DNA from: Eledone cirrhosa
Taxonomy: Eukaryota
DNA length: 64,000 bases
Direction: 5' to 3'
Assembly: GCA_964016885.1 (NCBI GenBank)
Contig: OZ024740.1
Coordinates: 300,266,001 to 300,330,000, forward strand
The position numbers were made by a program, and so were the translations under genes. Position 1 is the first letter of the stretch; each line of letters opens with the position of its first letter. Shown here piece after piece: positions 40,490-53,117 of this stretch. A model generated the notes under the pieces. That model was given only the letters and a program-made list of their open reading frames with translations. It was not told the DNA's origin and ran no database searches.

Positions 40490-41843
40490 AGTGGTAGAAC
40501 ACTGGAAGGGAATATCCGTAGTGGTAGAGCACTCAGTCCATGGAACGAGTTAGGTAGAAGTGGTTACACAACAGTTAGTTCACCATACCGAGAACAATTG
40601 TTTCACCATAGCGGATCCTCAGCTCGTAATGGACATGGTTATACGGACAGGAAGTACAACCGTACGAACGCGCATGCGCAGAAACGATTACTTGACACAG
40701 CCAATACTAAAATGCGTGCGAGAGGTGTAAGGGAGATAACTGAGATAAGTCTGAAAAATTTCTAGCTGATAAGAAAATTAAGATGTTGTTGTAATTCAAT
40801 CATGAGCTTTGTAGTTACGTAAGAGGTGTTTCGAGACGTGTGGATAACGTGTGAAGAATTCAATTCTCGTGTTTAGGCAATCGCTATTGCATAATCTCTT
40901 TAGAATATTTATTCTTTCATCATACCACCCTCCCACTGTTTTTAGAAACTTCGTAAATAATATCAGTACTAGAATCCCAAACTTCTTCTCTAATAAGGCT
41001 ATCTTTGACATGGCGGCAATCTACTATAACACGGCGTTAGCTAACAGTGGCTTCTCGCAACCTACCACTTACTCTCCCACTTTCAACAAGAGCAATAAGA
41101 AAAGAAAGCGTAACAATAGACAAACTATCTGGTTGTCTCCTTCCTTCTCACTCAACGTTAAAACCAATGTAGGCAAAACATTTCTAGCCCTCTTAGATAG
41201 ACACTTTCCCATAGGTCATAAATACCGCAAGACCCATCTTTAACCAACATAAAGCAAAACTCGGATAAACCTGCGCTAAGAACATGAAAGCCCACATCAC
41301 CAACAGCCCTAGGAGCAACACACCACCAGGGTGCTCTAGCCGTAAGCCCGAAGCTTATCCCCACGAAACTCGCGAGCCACATATTGTCCCCCAATGACTC
41401 AAGTATAGACTACTCCATTCAATGGAAAGCCATCACTATGTCCAAGCCATACGCAAGTGGAAATCCGTCATGTGGACTATGTATTGATGAACGAATAAAT
41501 ATTCTAAAGCAATTATGCAATAGCGATCTAAACACGAGAAATGAATTCTTCACACTTTGTCCACATGTCTCGAAACACCTCTTACGTAACTACAAAGCTC
41601 CGGATTGAATTACAACATCCTAATTTTCTTATCAATTAGAAATTTTGCGGACTTTCGCAGTTATCTCCCTTACACCCCTTGCACGCATTTTAGTTTTGCC
41701 TGTGAAGTGATCGTTTCTGCGCATGCGCGTTCGTACGGTTGTCCTTCCAGTTCCGTATAACCATCTCCATTACGAGCTGAGGATCCGCTAAGGTGAAACA
41801 ATTCTTCTAGGTATGGTGAACTAACTGTTGTGTAACCATTTCT
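40490..41843 (+). mobile_element. 5'-truncated PLE with inverted pLTR (same family as 32086-32993)
   Basis: YHPPTVFRN..YNTALANSGF..IWLSPSFSLNVKTNVGKTFL..HKYRK and CGLCIDE..LNTRNE. 40560-40920 is the inverse of ~41485-41838. Flanked by (TA)-rich tracts. Confidence 0.88.
40589..40626 (-). ncRNA. Minimal type I hammerhead ribozyme (family E), intact core
   Basis: cgag-CTGAGGA-tcc gctat ggt-GAAAC-aatt-GTT-ctcg. Palindrome AACAATTGTT. Mutated sisters at 41773-41810 and 32922-32959. Confidence 0.82.
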
Positions 41844-41962
41844 ATATCAATGTTGTGTGTGTTTGTGTGTGTGTGTGTGTGTGTAAATGGTAAACAGAAA
41901 TGTATATATAAATATATATATATATATATATGTATATATAAATATATATATATATATATATG

Positions 41963-42002
<40 letters not shown>

Positions 42003-42021
42003 AATATATATATATATATGT

Positions 42022-42066
<45 letters not shown>

Positions 42067-42104
42067 AATATATATATATATGTATATATAAATATATATA
42101 TATG

Positions 42105-42144
<40 letters not shown>

Positions 42145-43249
42145 AATATATATATATATATATGTGTATATATAAATATATATATGTATATATAAATATA
42201 TATATATATATATGTGTATATATAAATATATATGTATAAGAGAGTATTGAAGTTTGCTTGAAGCATTGTGGAATAATAAATAAATATCTTTAAGTCGTTT
42301 GGAAGCCCCGACAATGCAAATGGGTAAATCTCCGGGTAACAGATCCGGTGGTGGAGAGAGAGATGTAAGTGGGTGTACGTTGAGATGCGTGGTGTGTAAA
42401 GATGTGTAAATGTGTAGAAGAAAGAAGGGAAGAGTATAAAGGATAAAATATAAATAACAACACAAGCGAGAGTTAACTTGGGAGAGATTTAATAGTCCCT
42501 ATTTATTTCGGATTCACATCCATCAACTGGGGTTTTTTTCCGGGGTAAAGGGTGTCTGTCGGACAGGTGCGAAACGCGTCCTCCGCTGTTTGTTGTTTTG
42601 AATATCTGAGGGATTCGACAGAGCGCGCGTGCGCGTGAAATGGGGTCGGTCGGGCAGAGGTCAGCGGCCGAATAGGGAGTGGGGTGGCGCTAGCTGTCAG
42701 TCCATTCTCTGCCTGTTTGTTAAATGTTACTGTGTGTGTGTGTGCGTGTATTGTCTCGCTTGAGTGTGTGTGTGTGTGCGTGTGTAGTTGCCTTGTTCCT
42801 CTGTATTGGAAGTGTAGTATGTTCGTATGGTGGAATGCTACTGTATGTTTGTGTGTGTGTGTAGTTGTCTCGTTTGTGTGTGCGTGTGTTGTGTGTTGCT
42901 ACATCGTTTGTTAACTTAAACCAGCCATCTCATTTTGCTTCTCTCTAATCGGTTGTTTATTTGCGGTTGCAGGCGTTTGATAAAAAGTGCTTCCTTGATA
43001 CGTAACGAGCCGACGTTTCTTTCAGTCGCTAGAATTGTGACAATGGGCCTTCCGTCTTTGTTTCCGCATTTGTCTAAGTTGCGAGTTCCCGGGAATTCCT
43101 ACTCAAGTTAATCTTGGAGTAATAATAGTGAAAGAGTGAAGAATAACATGGTCAACAGTACAAAAAGAGTTTTATTTACAGTATTAACAATGTTTCATTG
43201 ACACCCTAATCATATATATGTAATCATGTATATATATATATATGTGTGG

Positions 43250-43329
<80 letters not shown>

Positions 43330-43361
43330 TTGTATGAGTTTGTATATATATATATATATGT

Positions 43362-43635
43362 GGAGACACGTGGCCTAGTGGTAAGGGTGTTGGACTTACG
43401 ATCATAATGTCGTGGGCTCGATTCCTGGGCTGCGTGTTGTGTTCTTGAGCCAAACACTTCATTTCACGTTGCTCCAGTATACTCAGCTTAAAATGATTAC
43501 CAGCAATAGCTGGAGGTTTAACACTGCGATGGGCTGGCGTCCTATCCAGGGGGAGACTTGTACTCTCAGCCGCTTCATGCCATGAAACCGGGATAAGCAC
43601 CGGCCTAATCAGCCTTCTGGCTTAAGACAGACTTT

Positions 43636-43642
<7 letters not shown>
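43362..43642 (+). mobile_element. Full-length tRNA-derived SINE with V-domain-like core
   Basis: A box tggcctagtggtaagg, B box ggctcgattcct, core ctgcgatgggctggcgtcctatccaggg, (agacttt) tail. Inserted in (TA)n. Confidence 0.8.
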
Positions 43643-43674
<32 letters not shown>

Positions 43675-43676
<2 letters not shown>

Positions 43677-44447
43677 GTTAGAATATGTGTAATAAGGCCA
43701 AGACAATGCAGGTATGGACATAGAAAAAAGAATGCAATAGTGAAAGATATTGATGTGAATTCGTCTTTCACCTTGAATTTATTTAAATGTCCTTAATTTT
43801 CGAGATAATATCTCTTCTTTGGAGGGAAGTAAAGGTCTCAAACCAGCGTCTTAAATCTCTAATCAAGCCATGCTGACCGGAAATAGTATAGAGTATCTGT
43901 TCTAACTTTAATATCAAAGAATTAAAATTAGGTGGATAAAGAGTAGTCTCCCTTTAAGAGGGGTTTGTTTATGTTTTGTTTTTGTTTTTGTTTTGTTTTA
44001 TTTTTTTTTATTTTATATGCGTGCCTGTGTATGTGTGTGGGAGAATGCATGAAGGTGTAGGTATGTGGGTGTATGTGTGTGAGTGTGGGAAGATAGGTCT
44101 AATCGTAAAAGTGGGGGGTAGGTGTTATCTGGTGTTAGAACTGGTTTTGTGTGTGTATGTGTGAGAGAGAATAAGTGGAGGTGTGCGCGTGTGCGTGTGT
44201 GGGGTGTGTAAAAATGGGGCTAGAGGCCCTATCAGGTTATAAATTGGGTGTTGAGCTCTAGTCTATTATTGATTGGTGGAAGTGTTCTATCTATAATAAG
44301 TGCTTCCTTAATTCTAAGATTGCCGAGTTTTCTTTCCTTAGTTTCTATCCTAACTGTTATGTTTTTATCGGTGTTTCTACATTTAACTAGGTGTTTCTTA
44401 AATAAGGAAGCGTTAGTATTGAGGTGTTCCTATAACCTCCTCCTCCC
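43675..44447 (-). mobile_element. PLE 3' remnant (GIY-YIG C-terminus + 3' region)
   Basis: 44245-44445 (-) reads EHLNTNASLFKKHLVKC..LRIKEALIIDRTLPPINNRLE. Decayed HHR-like agagat att atctc GAAA at ~43795-43820. Flanked by (TA)n. Confidence 0.6.
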
Positions 44448-45823
44448 ATATATATATATATATATATAAATACCACTATTTTTATAAATCACCTAACAAT
44501 AATAATAAAAATTTCATTAGCGAAGCTTACTACTTTCCATCCCTGCTAATTTTGTCCCATTCCATCTATAAACTTTTAAACGTTATATATGCAACACTAA
44601 TCCGGAAAATTCTATGAATGCAACTATTATTCTTCTATCTTACTGCTCCCCAAACCCTTATCTTCCCCAAGAAATGAAGTGATATTCTACGACAACAATC
44701 TGTGAATGTATCCCTTTCCAACTAAAGCTATTCTCTCAACAAACCCCCAGATTTTGGCCGAAATCATTAAATGCTATATCTTAAATATTACACGAAATTA
44801 CCCTCAGCGTTATTTGCTGCACAATAATGTCTATCACAGTAGTAATATCATTAACTTACAACCTCGGGTTTATTATGAATTGACGTCAGACAACGCAATA
44901 TTTCCAAACGCTTTATCATAAATTTAATCACGAAACCGTCCATTTCCTTCCAACCCTCAAAAGACTTTGCAATACAATACATAAATTTCATTTTACCTAC
45001 GAAATGATCGATGTAACTCACAACTATCATACATTAATAAAGACCTGTTCTCCTCTGTAGACTTCCTATCACTAACACCCTTCATCATCAAGCATCCAAA
45101 GCATACGTTCATATTAATTTTACAATTACACATAAACATGCACTAGCAGAAAATACCAGAAAATTCAATCCGGCAATATCCTTGACAGATTTTGTTATAC
45201 GGAAATGACCTACGTCTTATAGTTGGTGGATATAAAGTAGTGGCCGTACTCGAAAACGAATTGGCAGCCACCATATATATATGTACGCACAGACACACAT
45301 ATATATCATTATATCATTATTTAATAGGAATAGCTTTTAAAAGACTAGAACTATTTCATATTCATATGAAATTATGTATCTATATATAAGTGACATTCAT
45401 GATGATTTCTTAGGTATGAAACATTTCTAGTCCTGTTAACATATTTACATGTTTGTTTGTTGTGTGTGTGTGTGGGTGCGTGGGTGTGTGTGTTTGTGTG
45501 CGTGCGGTTGTGTGTGTACGGGCGTGTTCACATGGTTGTATGCTTCTACATTGATACGTATAAAAGTTTTCGATTGAGTGATGACGCATATCATTATTAA
45601 CGGAGGAAATGTTCCTTTAGAAACATAGCATAAGCTGGTCTCAGTAAATATTGATAAATCTAAATAGTTAATTATTATTTCATACTTTGGTTTTTCAATA
45701 AAGAGGAAATCAAATTATTAATTCATTGGATATATCCGCATGAATATAATGAGCCATACCTGCACATATGGAAAATAAATAAACACCAGACAAACACATA
45801 TATGTGCAAATTTGAACGTGCTT

Positions 45824-45877
<54 letters not shown>

Positions 45878-45949
45878 CATCTGTTACCTCCGATTGAACC
45901 CGGCATAAACATATATATATATATATATATATACATGTGTGTGTATATA

Positions 45950-46083
<134 letters not shown>

Positions 46084-46252
46084 AAAGTGAGGTTTTCTTT
46101 AATAAAAAAAAAAGACATTTCCTACACTAGTGGAAGTATGAGGAAAATAAATCGAAAATGCAACTGGTGTCTTTATAAGAATAATTATTTGTTTAAGGAG
46201 ACAAATAACTATTCTAAAAAAGAAGACTGCAGTTGTATTTTTGATTTATTTT

Positions 46253-46321
<69 letters not shown>

Positions 46322-47117
46322 TGTGTGTGTGTGTGTGTGTGTATAAATATATACACGCACATATTTAGATCGTGCATCATACATACATACAGACATACAT
46401 TCATACATACGTATATATCTGTATGTATATATGAGTAGTTTTTGCTTTTTTTATTTCCTGATAATCTACATATCTGGGTTTTCTTTCTAAATTTCCAGTT
46501 CTCCTTTAAATGGAAGCAGAAAATCATGATTGAAGTTTTATTTAAAAGAAGAAAAATTGTTTTAATAAATACGTAATGATGTAGAAAATTAATAATGAGA
46601 AATTTTATGAACCATAGAATTTTATTCTAATTGAATGATTTTATATATTGCAAATATAAATCAATAAAAATGTATATGATAATAGCTCCTATGTTTATAT
46701 AAATAAACAAACAGGGCTATGAATATGAATTAATAGGGAATTATGAGGGAAACGACGTAAGATTATAGCAGATTCAATTTCATGGGATTTAAAAATCTGC
46801 CCGTCTAAAAAATGAACGTTACTCCACAATATCTATTGAAAGCGAATGATTATATTTTATTAATGAATAAACTCCATCTATTAGACTTCTCTGTCAATAG
46901 ATTTATTCTTGTTACAAAATTGTTGTTACACCTTTCGGTATTCTTACTTTCAGATAAAAGTAGTTATTTATGAATATCTGCATGGCCAATTGTTATTTAC
47001 TGCAGCTGTTTACATCTGTGAAAGAAGGCTCCCTTCCTTATATGTCATTATCCCTGGACATACGTCGACTTAAAACAAAATTAATATACAAATCATAATG
47101 CACAACTTTATCTTTAG

Positions 47118-47212
47118 ATTTTAGCGAATACCCTGTCTAAGCAGATGGAAACAGATGAAATACGAGGATTGACTGGTGTGGATACAACTACGTGTATTTC
47201 ATCTGATTACAT
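47118..47212 (+). CDS. Penultimate coding exon of a host gene (probable WD40-repeat protein)
   Basis: tttatctttAG| ... |GTAAGT. Open frame ILANTLSKQMETDEIRGLTGVDTTTCISSDY, ending in phase 2. Confidence 0.7.
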
Positions 47213-48068
47213 GTAAGTAAAATTAAGTTATTTATATCTTGATATAACTGGAAATGAAATAAAACTGTCACCTAACCACAATTTATTGATTTTTATGTTA
47301 TTGTACTTATGTTATAATTTCAACTAAAACTAGGTTTGGAATTCACATGTATTGCGATATTTAATTATATCTTGGCATTATACAAACTCACATTTTTTTA
47401 AATATCAATATTCGAAAATTACATTTCAAGTGAAATATGTGTAGCAGCTCGAAAGAATATGTGTGGCAAATATAATATCTGAACATTACTCGATGCGGTA
47501 TTTTAAGTGCTGTCGTGGTCAAATATAATATTTCTTCTGAGAATCTACGGGCTTATTTCGACTGGCAGAATTTAGATAAATCTTCCTATTTACTTTATAT
47601 CCCTCTGTAATAATACTTGATCGAAAATATCAAGAACCAGTGAGATCTTGATTAAGTCAACGAATCCCATCTCCTACCACAGTTCTCATTTTTTAAGCAT
47701 TTTAGAAAATATTACCGCAGTTATATTATTTGGCAGAAGATGTTCGGCAAATATATTAATTGCAGTGTTTATTCATACTTGTTTGCGTCATCTGTATAAA
47801 TGCCATCGGTATCAACATTCTAATTCATGTTTCTACTGTCGCAACGTAGTTGCTAAAAACAACATGGCTCAATTTAATAGACATTTTAGTTTCCGGCTGC
47901 TAAGTTTGATGAGGTGGTTCTATTTGTGTATTGTGTATTACGTAGTTGTTGCTCATGTGGCTAGAGTTATTTGCTTTATCATTATGAATGTACTCATTAC
48001 ATTTGTCTCCCTTGTTTTCGGCGGGCATCCTTGTTTTCCTAATTGTTTTTTTTTTACTGTTATACTAG

Positions 48069-48210
48069 GTTTGTTGCTGCTGCAGATTATACGGTTCAGA
48101 CTCTCAAATTGAACAATGAATTAATAAGCAATTGTCCAATTTCTGATAAGTTAAATGTCAGAAGAAGAACATGTAGCTGTCATAACCTTGATGCAACCTG
48201 GCCTCCTTAG
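48069..48210 (+). CDS. Terminal coding exon of the same gene
   Basis: Polypyrimidine tract then ctAG|. Joins in phase with the previous exon: (M)FVAAADYTVQTLKLNNELISNCPISDKLNVRRRTCSCHNLDATWPP*. AATAAA at ~48316 and ~48374. Confidence 0.68.
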
Positions 48211-48732
48211 AGTGTGAAGGGTTGTTTCTCTTCTGAAGACGTTCTGCTGAGAATTTCTGACTACTGTTTGTTGAAGCTGTAGATAAACCGTTTACATCTC
48301 CAAACTGGAAAATGAAATAAAGAGTGTGAAAGTATGATAAATGATAAACATAGATAAACGGCAGTAGAGGAGAAATAAAATGAGAGCGTTAAGACGGACA
48401 CATCAACAATTCTAAGAGTGGAGATTGTGGTATACAATGTTCCTTGACATTACATAAATTCAATTTGAAGAAGTTACTGTTTAAATGCTATAAATTACTG
48501 TTTTGTCTCGTCTCTTACTCCATGGACAGCGTTTTGGCTAATGTCAGAGGCTCTGACCCCGGTTGAACCAGCAGTACTTTTAGTAGGTATCCATCACAAA
48601 GGCCTATGGCCTGGGAGTTCTGTGTCTTTCGTTTGTATTTATATTTTCAAAGAATATTATTTCAATGTTTTCCCTTTAGTTCATTCTGGCTTGTTTTCGG
48701 CCGTTGTCTTGTCCTCTCTTTGTTAAGTTTAT

Positions 48733-48779
<47 letters not shown>

Positions 48780-48821
48780 AAAGAACACAAGAGCGTCTAC
48801 AACATCAAAACATTTTTTATT

Positions 48822-48868
48822 GGCTTACAATGTTTCTTCCTTACGTAACCGTAGGTTTCTTCAGAGTT
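48822..48868 (-). ncRNA. Putative hammerhead (family F), stem I weakened
   Basis: aact-CTGAAGA-aacct acggttacgta aggaa-GAAAC-att-GTA-agcc. Confidence 0.5.
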
Positions 48869-50041
48869 ATAAAAGGGGTTTGATTGGTGTTATGGACTCT
48901 ACCAACCAAACATTCAAGAACAAAGAGTAAAGAGATTAAAGAGCAAAAGCAGGGGACAATAAGTCTAATTTTGGTGCGAGGGGGTGGGGTGTGGGTCCTT
49001 GTTTACTAGCTGAGGTCATATTCGTTCCCGGGAGTCGAGTGGTTAGTGGAGCCATAGATGGGGTGGCATCGATAGTAGTGTGCAGAGGCTACACACACAC
49101 AAAGGGCATATAATATATATATAACGGAGGAGAAAGTACATGAGGTAATTAGAAATGGAATAAGAATAATAATCTATAGTTAATAATGTATAATAAGGCA
49201 TAGGGAAGATTACACTATAATAAGGTATAAAACTAAGAATAAGATAAAATATAAAGGAGGATAAAAATGAAAATAAGAATAAAATTAAAAAAATATATAT
49301 AAAAAAATATATATAGAGAATATATAAAACATATAAGCAAGTATTAGAAAGGGAAAAACACAATGCAAAAAACAGATTTTGTTAAATAAAAATATTATAA
49401 ATATGGGGGGAGAGAACGGGAGAGAGAAATATAATCATAATGTGATTAGTTGAGAGAATATAAGATGATAATAGTTGTGTCAAGTTTATACATCTTAATA
49501 ATAAATAATATGTATATCAGAGTTACACATCTTTCAATTCACTTGCAAGTTCAACCCACATGGCATTGTCCATCGCTCATCTGTGCGGTCGTGTGCGTTT
49601 GTGTGTGACCTCACAGCAGGTGCACAAGTTCGTAAATTTCAATGCAGATAGAATTCTATTTGTGCTTACCCGGACATTGACGGAGGATCCAATATTCTTA
49701 GTTCATTGCCGACCCAGTATGTGTGTGGTGTTATTTTGGTCGCACAAATCAATCACTTGGTTCAATATTATGGAGTATGGTTTTCTGGTCTTCGTTACAC
49801 TATCAGTGGTTGTATATCTCGAAATCACAAGGATCACAGTACTCCGGTTTGGTGTGGTTATCGGTCATCCAACTATGTTGTCGGTGATTGGATTCAATTC
49901 TATTGCCCAGAACGTAGAATTTGGTGTTGATTGAACATTAACGAGGTAGAGTGAAATCGCATATATATATATATATATACACACATACATATATATATAT
50001 ACACACATACATATATATATATGTGTATGTATAGTAATATT

Positions 50042-50355
50042 AGTTACTTATATAGGCACAAGGCCAACAATTTTGGGGGAGGGGAAAGTCGATTATTTCG
50101 ACACCAGTGCGAGACTGGTACATTATTTTATCGACCCCGTCAGGATGAACGGTAAAGTTAAACTCGGCGGGATTTGAAATCAGAACGTAAAGTGGCGTAA
50201 CTCTATGCTGCAAAGCATGGCGTCTGACCCCTTTCGGTACTGCCAATCCACCGTCCTTATATATATAGTGATAATAATTGTTTCCACTTTTGGCACAAGG
50301 CCACCAATTAACCCGGTGTATTACTGGTAATTTATTTAATCGATCCCGTAAGGAT
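50042..50355 (-). mobile_element. Two tandem SINEs (one full variant, one 5'-truncated)
   Basis: Same SINE family. The second copy is flanked by duplicated tatatatagtgataataat. Confidence 0.85.
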
Positions 50356-50535
50356 ATATATAGTGATAATAATAAATTTGAAGACTAGAATCGTGTTCCT
50401 GTTTTCCTTCTGTTGCAACGTTTTTCGAAATATCTACTTCTGCCTCCACAGATTGATTTTTTTTAGTTTCAGAAGATCTCCTAGATCCCGTTAAGCGTGA
50501 AAGCAGCGATTCTTTGCTTAAACTTTAATCTGTTA

Positions 50536-50596
<61 letters not shown>

Positions 50597-50602
<6 letters not shown>

Positions 50603-51850
50603 AAAATTACTCCTTCATCAGTGATGTTCCAACTTTCATTGGTATTTAATCGCTTTAAAAATCATATACCTCTAGTTGGTGCGAGAAATAACAAATAAAG
50701 TTATTGGGACAAGTAAAATAGGGTGAATCGAGCGAGACATGTAAACAAACAACGATGATATTGCAACGGAAAGATAGGAAGAGACAAGTACATGATATCT
50801 GTAAGCTTAAGCTTGGTGAATTCATGGACGAGAGATACAGACCATCCGACATGGGTGAGATTTTAGCGAGAAAAGGATTTCACACAGGTCAAACGGGAGG
50901 AAGTGAGAGAGAGGGAGAAGCAGAGAGTGAGTGAGTGGAAGTGTGAGGAAGAGGTCAGCCGAGAGAGAGTGTGACTGGCAGAGGGGTTAAAAAGAAGGTG
51001 AGAGATACAGAGAGAGGGGAAGCAGTAAGAAAGAAACAGACAATCACAGACAATACTTGGAAGATCACTGATGAAGGATTAATTTTATTCATATGTAACC
51101 CATGTGCAACCACGCAGCACTACATTGTTCTCATATATATCGCCAATTGTGCTCACAACCAACATCCAAACTTAAAAATGTTCCCCATTTACAAATTCAT
51201 AGACAACGCTACTTTTATCCAACGTAACAATAAGGAAACATATATCATTAACAAATTCCAATCTCTACTTAATGCTCTAAAAATCAGACAAATCTCTAAA
51301 ACTGCAACAAACAATCAAACATTTACAAGAGTTACCTCCCTCACACCCTACCTAATCCTTTTTCTTAAATAAATTAAAAATCATCCAGCAAGAATTGTTT
51401 CCCCTGCATATTAACTCTCTAAAAAGGGAAATCATATCAAACCCCAGTCCACCATTTGCCTCCATTATGGAATCATGGATCAACTAAGCACTCTTGCTAT
51501 ATTAACACATTTTGATCTGTTTTACTTCAATGACTCTGTCTGTAAATAACATTATTTTTCTTCCACATTGACATTTTATGCTCTACATTATGCACGTTTT
51601 TTTCCTTTTTCTTTTTTCTTTTCACTTCATAAACCTTGTTTGTAAATAACATTATTCGTTCTGCACCTTCTGTTTATCATGTGCGACACCACACTAATAC
51701 ATTTCACTATCATTTGATAATGCATAAACATACTGAAACCGGTAATAGACAATTATTAAATATTTAAATAGATAAATAAATGCCATTGTTAAATAATAAA
51801 TAAATCAACTAATACCTTAACACTTCACACAAAGTAAAACATTTCGTTTT
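50597..51850 (+). mobile_element. PLE-derived remnant with inverted junction and GIY-YIG C-terminus
   Basis: IANCAHNQHPNLKMFPIYKF..QRNNKETYIINKFQSLLN. 50597-50626 is inverted at 51063-51091. Decayed HHR (GAAAC cg GTA atag) at ~51707-51748. Homologous segments at 54770-55200 and 55730-55965. Confidence 0.6.
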
Positions 51851-51939
51851 AATCATTTTCTAAACCAGAAAAAAGAGAGAGGGAAACAAAAAAGGAAAAA
51901 ATATATTTTTCTTCCTAGTAATCGTCTCTTTCTCTCTGT

Positions 51940-51979
<40 letters not shown>

Positions 51980-52206
51980 TTCAGGTTATCAATAATGTAG
52001 TGATGATATATCGTCACGTTAGAGATGAACAACGTACGTGTAGGTTTGCTCAACGAGTATAAATTATATTCCAGAGAAAATGTAGAAAAGATGAATATAA
52101 AATGATAGTGCTTTTTTTTTTCTTTTTAAAAAGGAATTTATTAGGTATTGACATATGTTTCTGTAACAGACGGAATACCTATGTATCGCTGCTTGCGTAC
52201 TCGTAT

Positions 52207-52390
52207 AATTGTTTCTACTTTTGGCACAAGGCCAGCAATTAACCAGTACATTACTGGTACTTTATTTTATCGACCCCGTAAGGATGAAAGGCAAAGTTAA
52301 ACTCGGCGGGATTTGAACTCAGATCGTAAAGGGACGTAACTATGCTGGAAAGCATGGCGTCCGACTTTCTACTGATACTGCCAATCCACC
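52207..52390 (-). mobile_element. tRNA-derived SINE
   Basis: Family consensus. Absent from the paralogous segment at ~54535. Confidence 0.88.
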
Positions 52391-52593
52391 ATGTTAGCAA
52401 GTATTCGATAGCAAATGTATAATCAGTTGTCACTTCTTCAGAGATATTGGATAAATTGGAAAAAATCAGAAAAATTTAAGTATTTATATTAGTTGTAATA
52501 AAGGAAGAAGTGAGGGGATAGTATATGACAGATGGCAATTCTATTTACTGGTAAACAAGTATATAAAGGGTTTCTAATGAGAATACAATGAGT

Positions 52594-52986
52594 ATTGACA
52601 CAAGAATGGATGGCTGACAATTTATATGATCACATCACCCCCAACATTTTGCCTCCTAATTCACCAGGCCTCAATCCACTGCGCTATATATGGAGAATCG
52701 TTGAGAAAAATGTCAATGAACAACCCCATACCACAAAAGATTCTTTGAAAGCCGCCATAGTTTGAGTCATGTCCGATATGAACAAGGACCACTTATTCCG
52801 AGCTTCCAAACGATTTCGACACCGTGTACAGGCAGTTATTAATGTTTATTGTGGTATTATTGAATGACATTTTTAAACTGATAATGTAGCTTTATTTTTA
52901 TGTTATTTTTTATAAGAATACTGTGTTTTCTGTTATTATATAAACGTTTTTTTAAAACCATAAATGTGTCCCCAAATACCGTCCGC

Positions 52987-52991
<5 letters not shown>
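52594..52991 (+). mobile_element. Duplicated 3' end of the maT transposon, including its TIR
   Basis: Reverse complement of 57654-58051. Confidence 0.88.
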
Positions 52992-53032
<41 letters not shown>

Positions 53033-53117
53033 GTACGAGGTGAGTTTTATTGTAGTACAATAAAGCAATGCAGATATCGTATAAGAAGCACTCTACAGTT
53101 TGTAGGACTGGAGTATA

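Noticed and set aside
43362-43430. tRNA gene
   Set aside because: It has A/B boxes but no complete cloverleaf and continues into a SINE body.
46954-47073. Strong acceptor (ttactttcAG) followed by a 39-codon frame
   Set aside because: No convincing donor before the stop codon.
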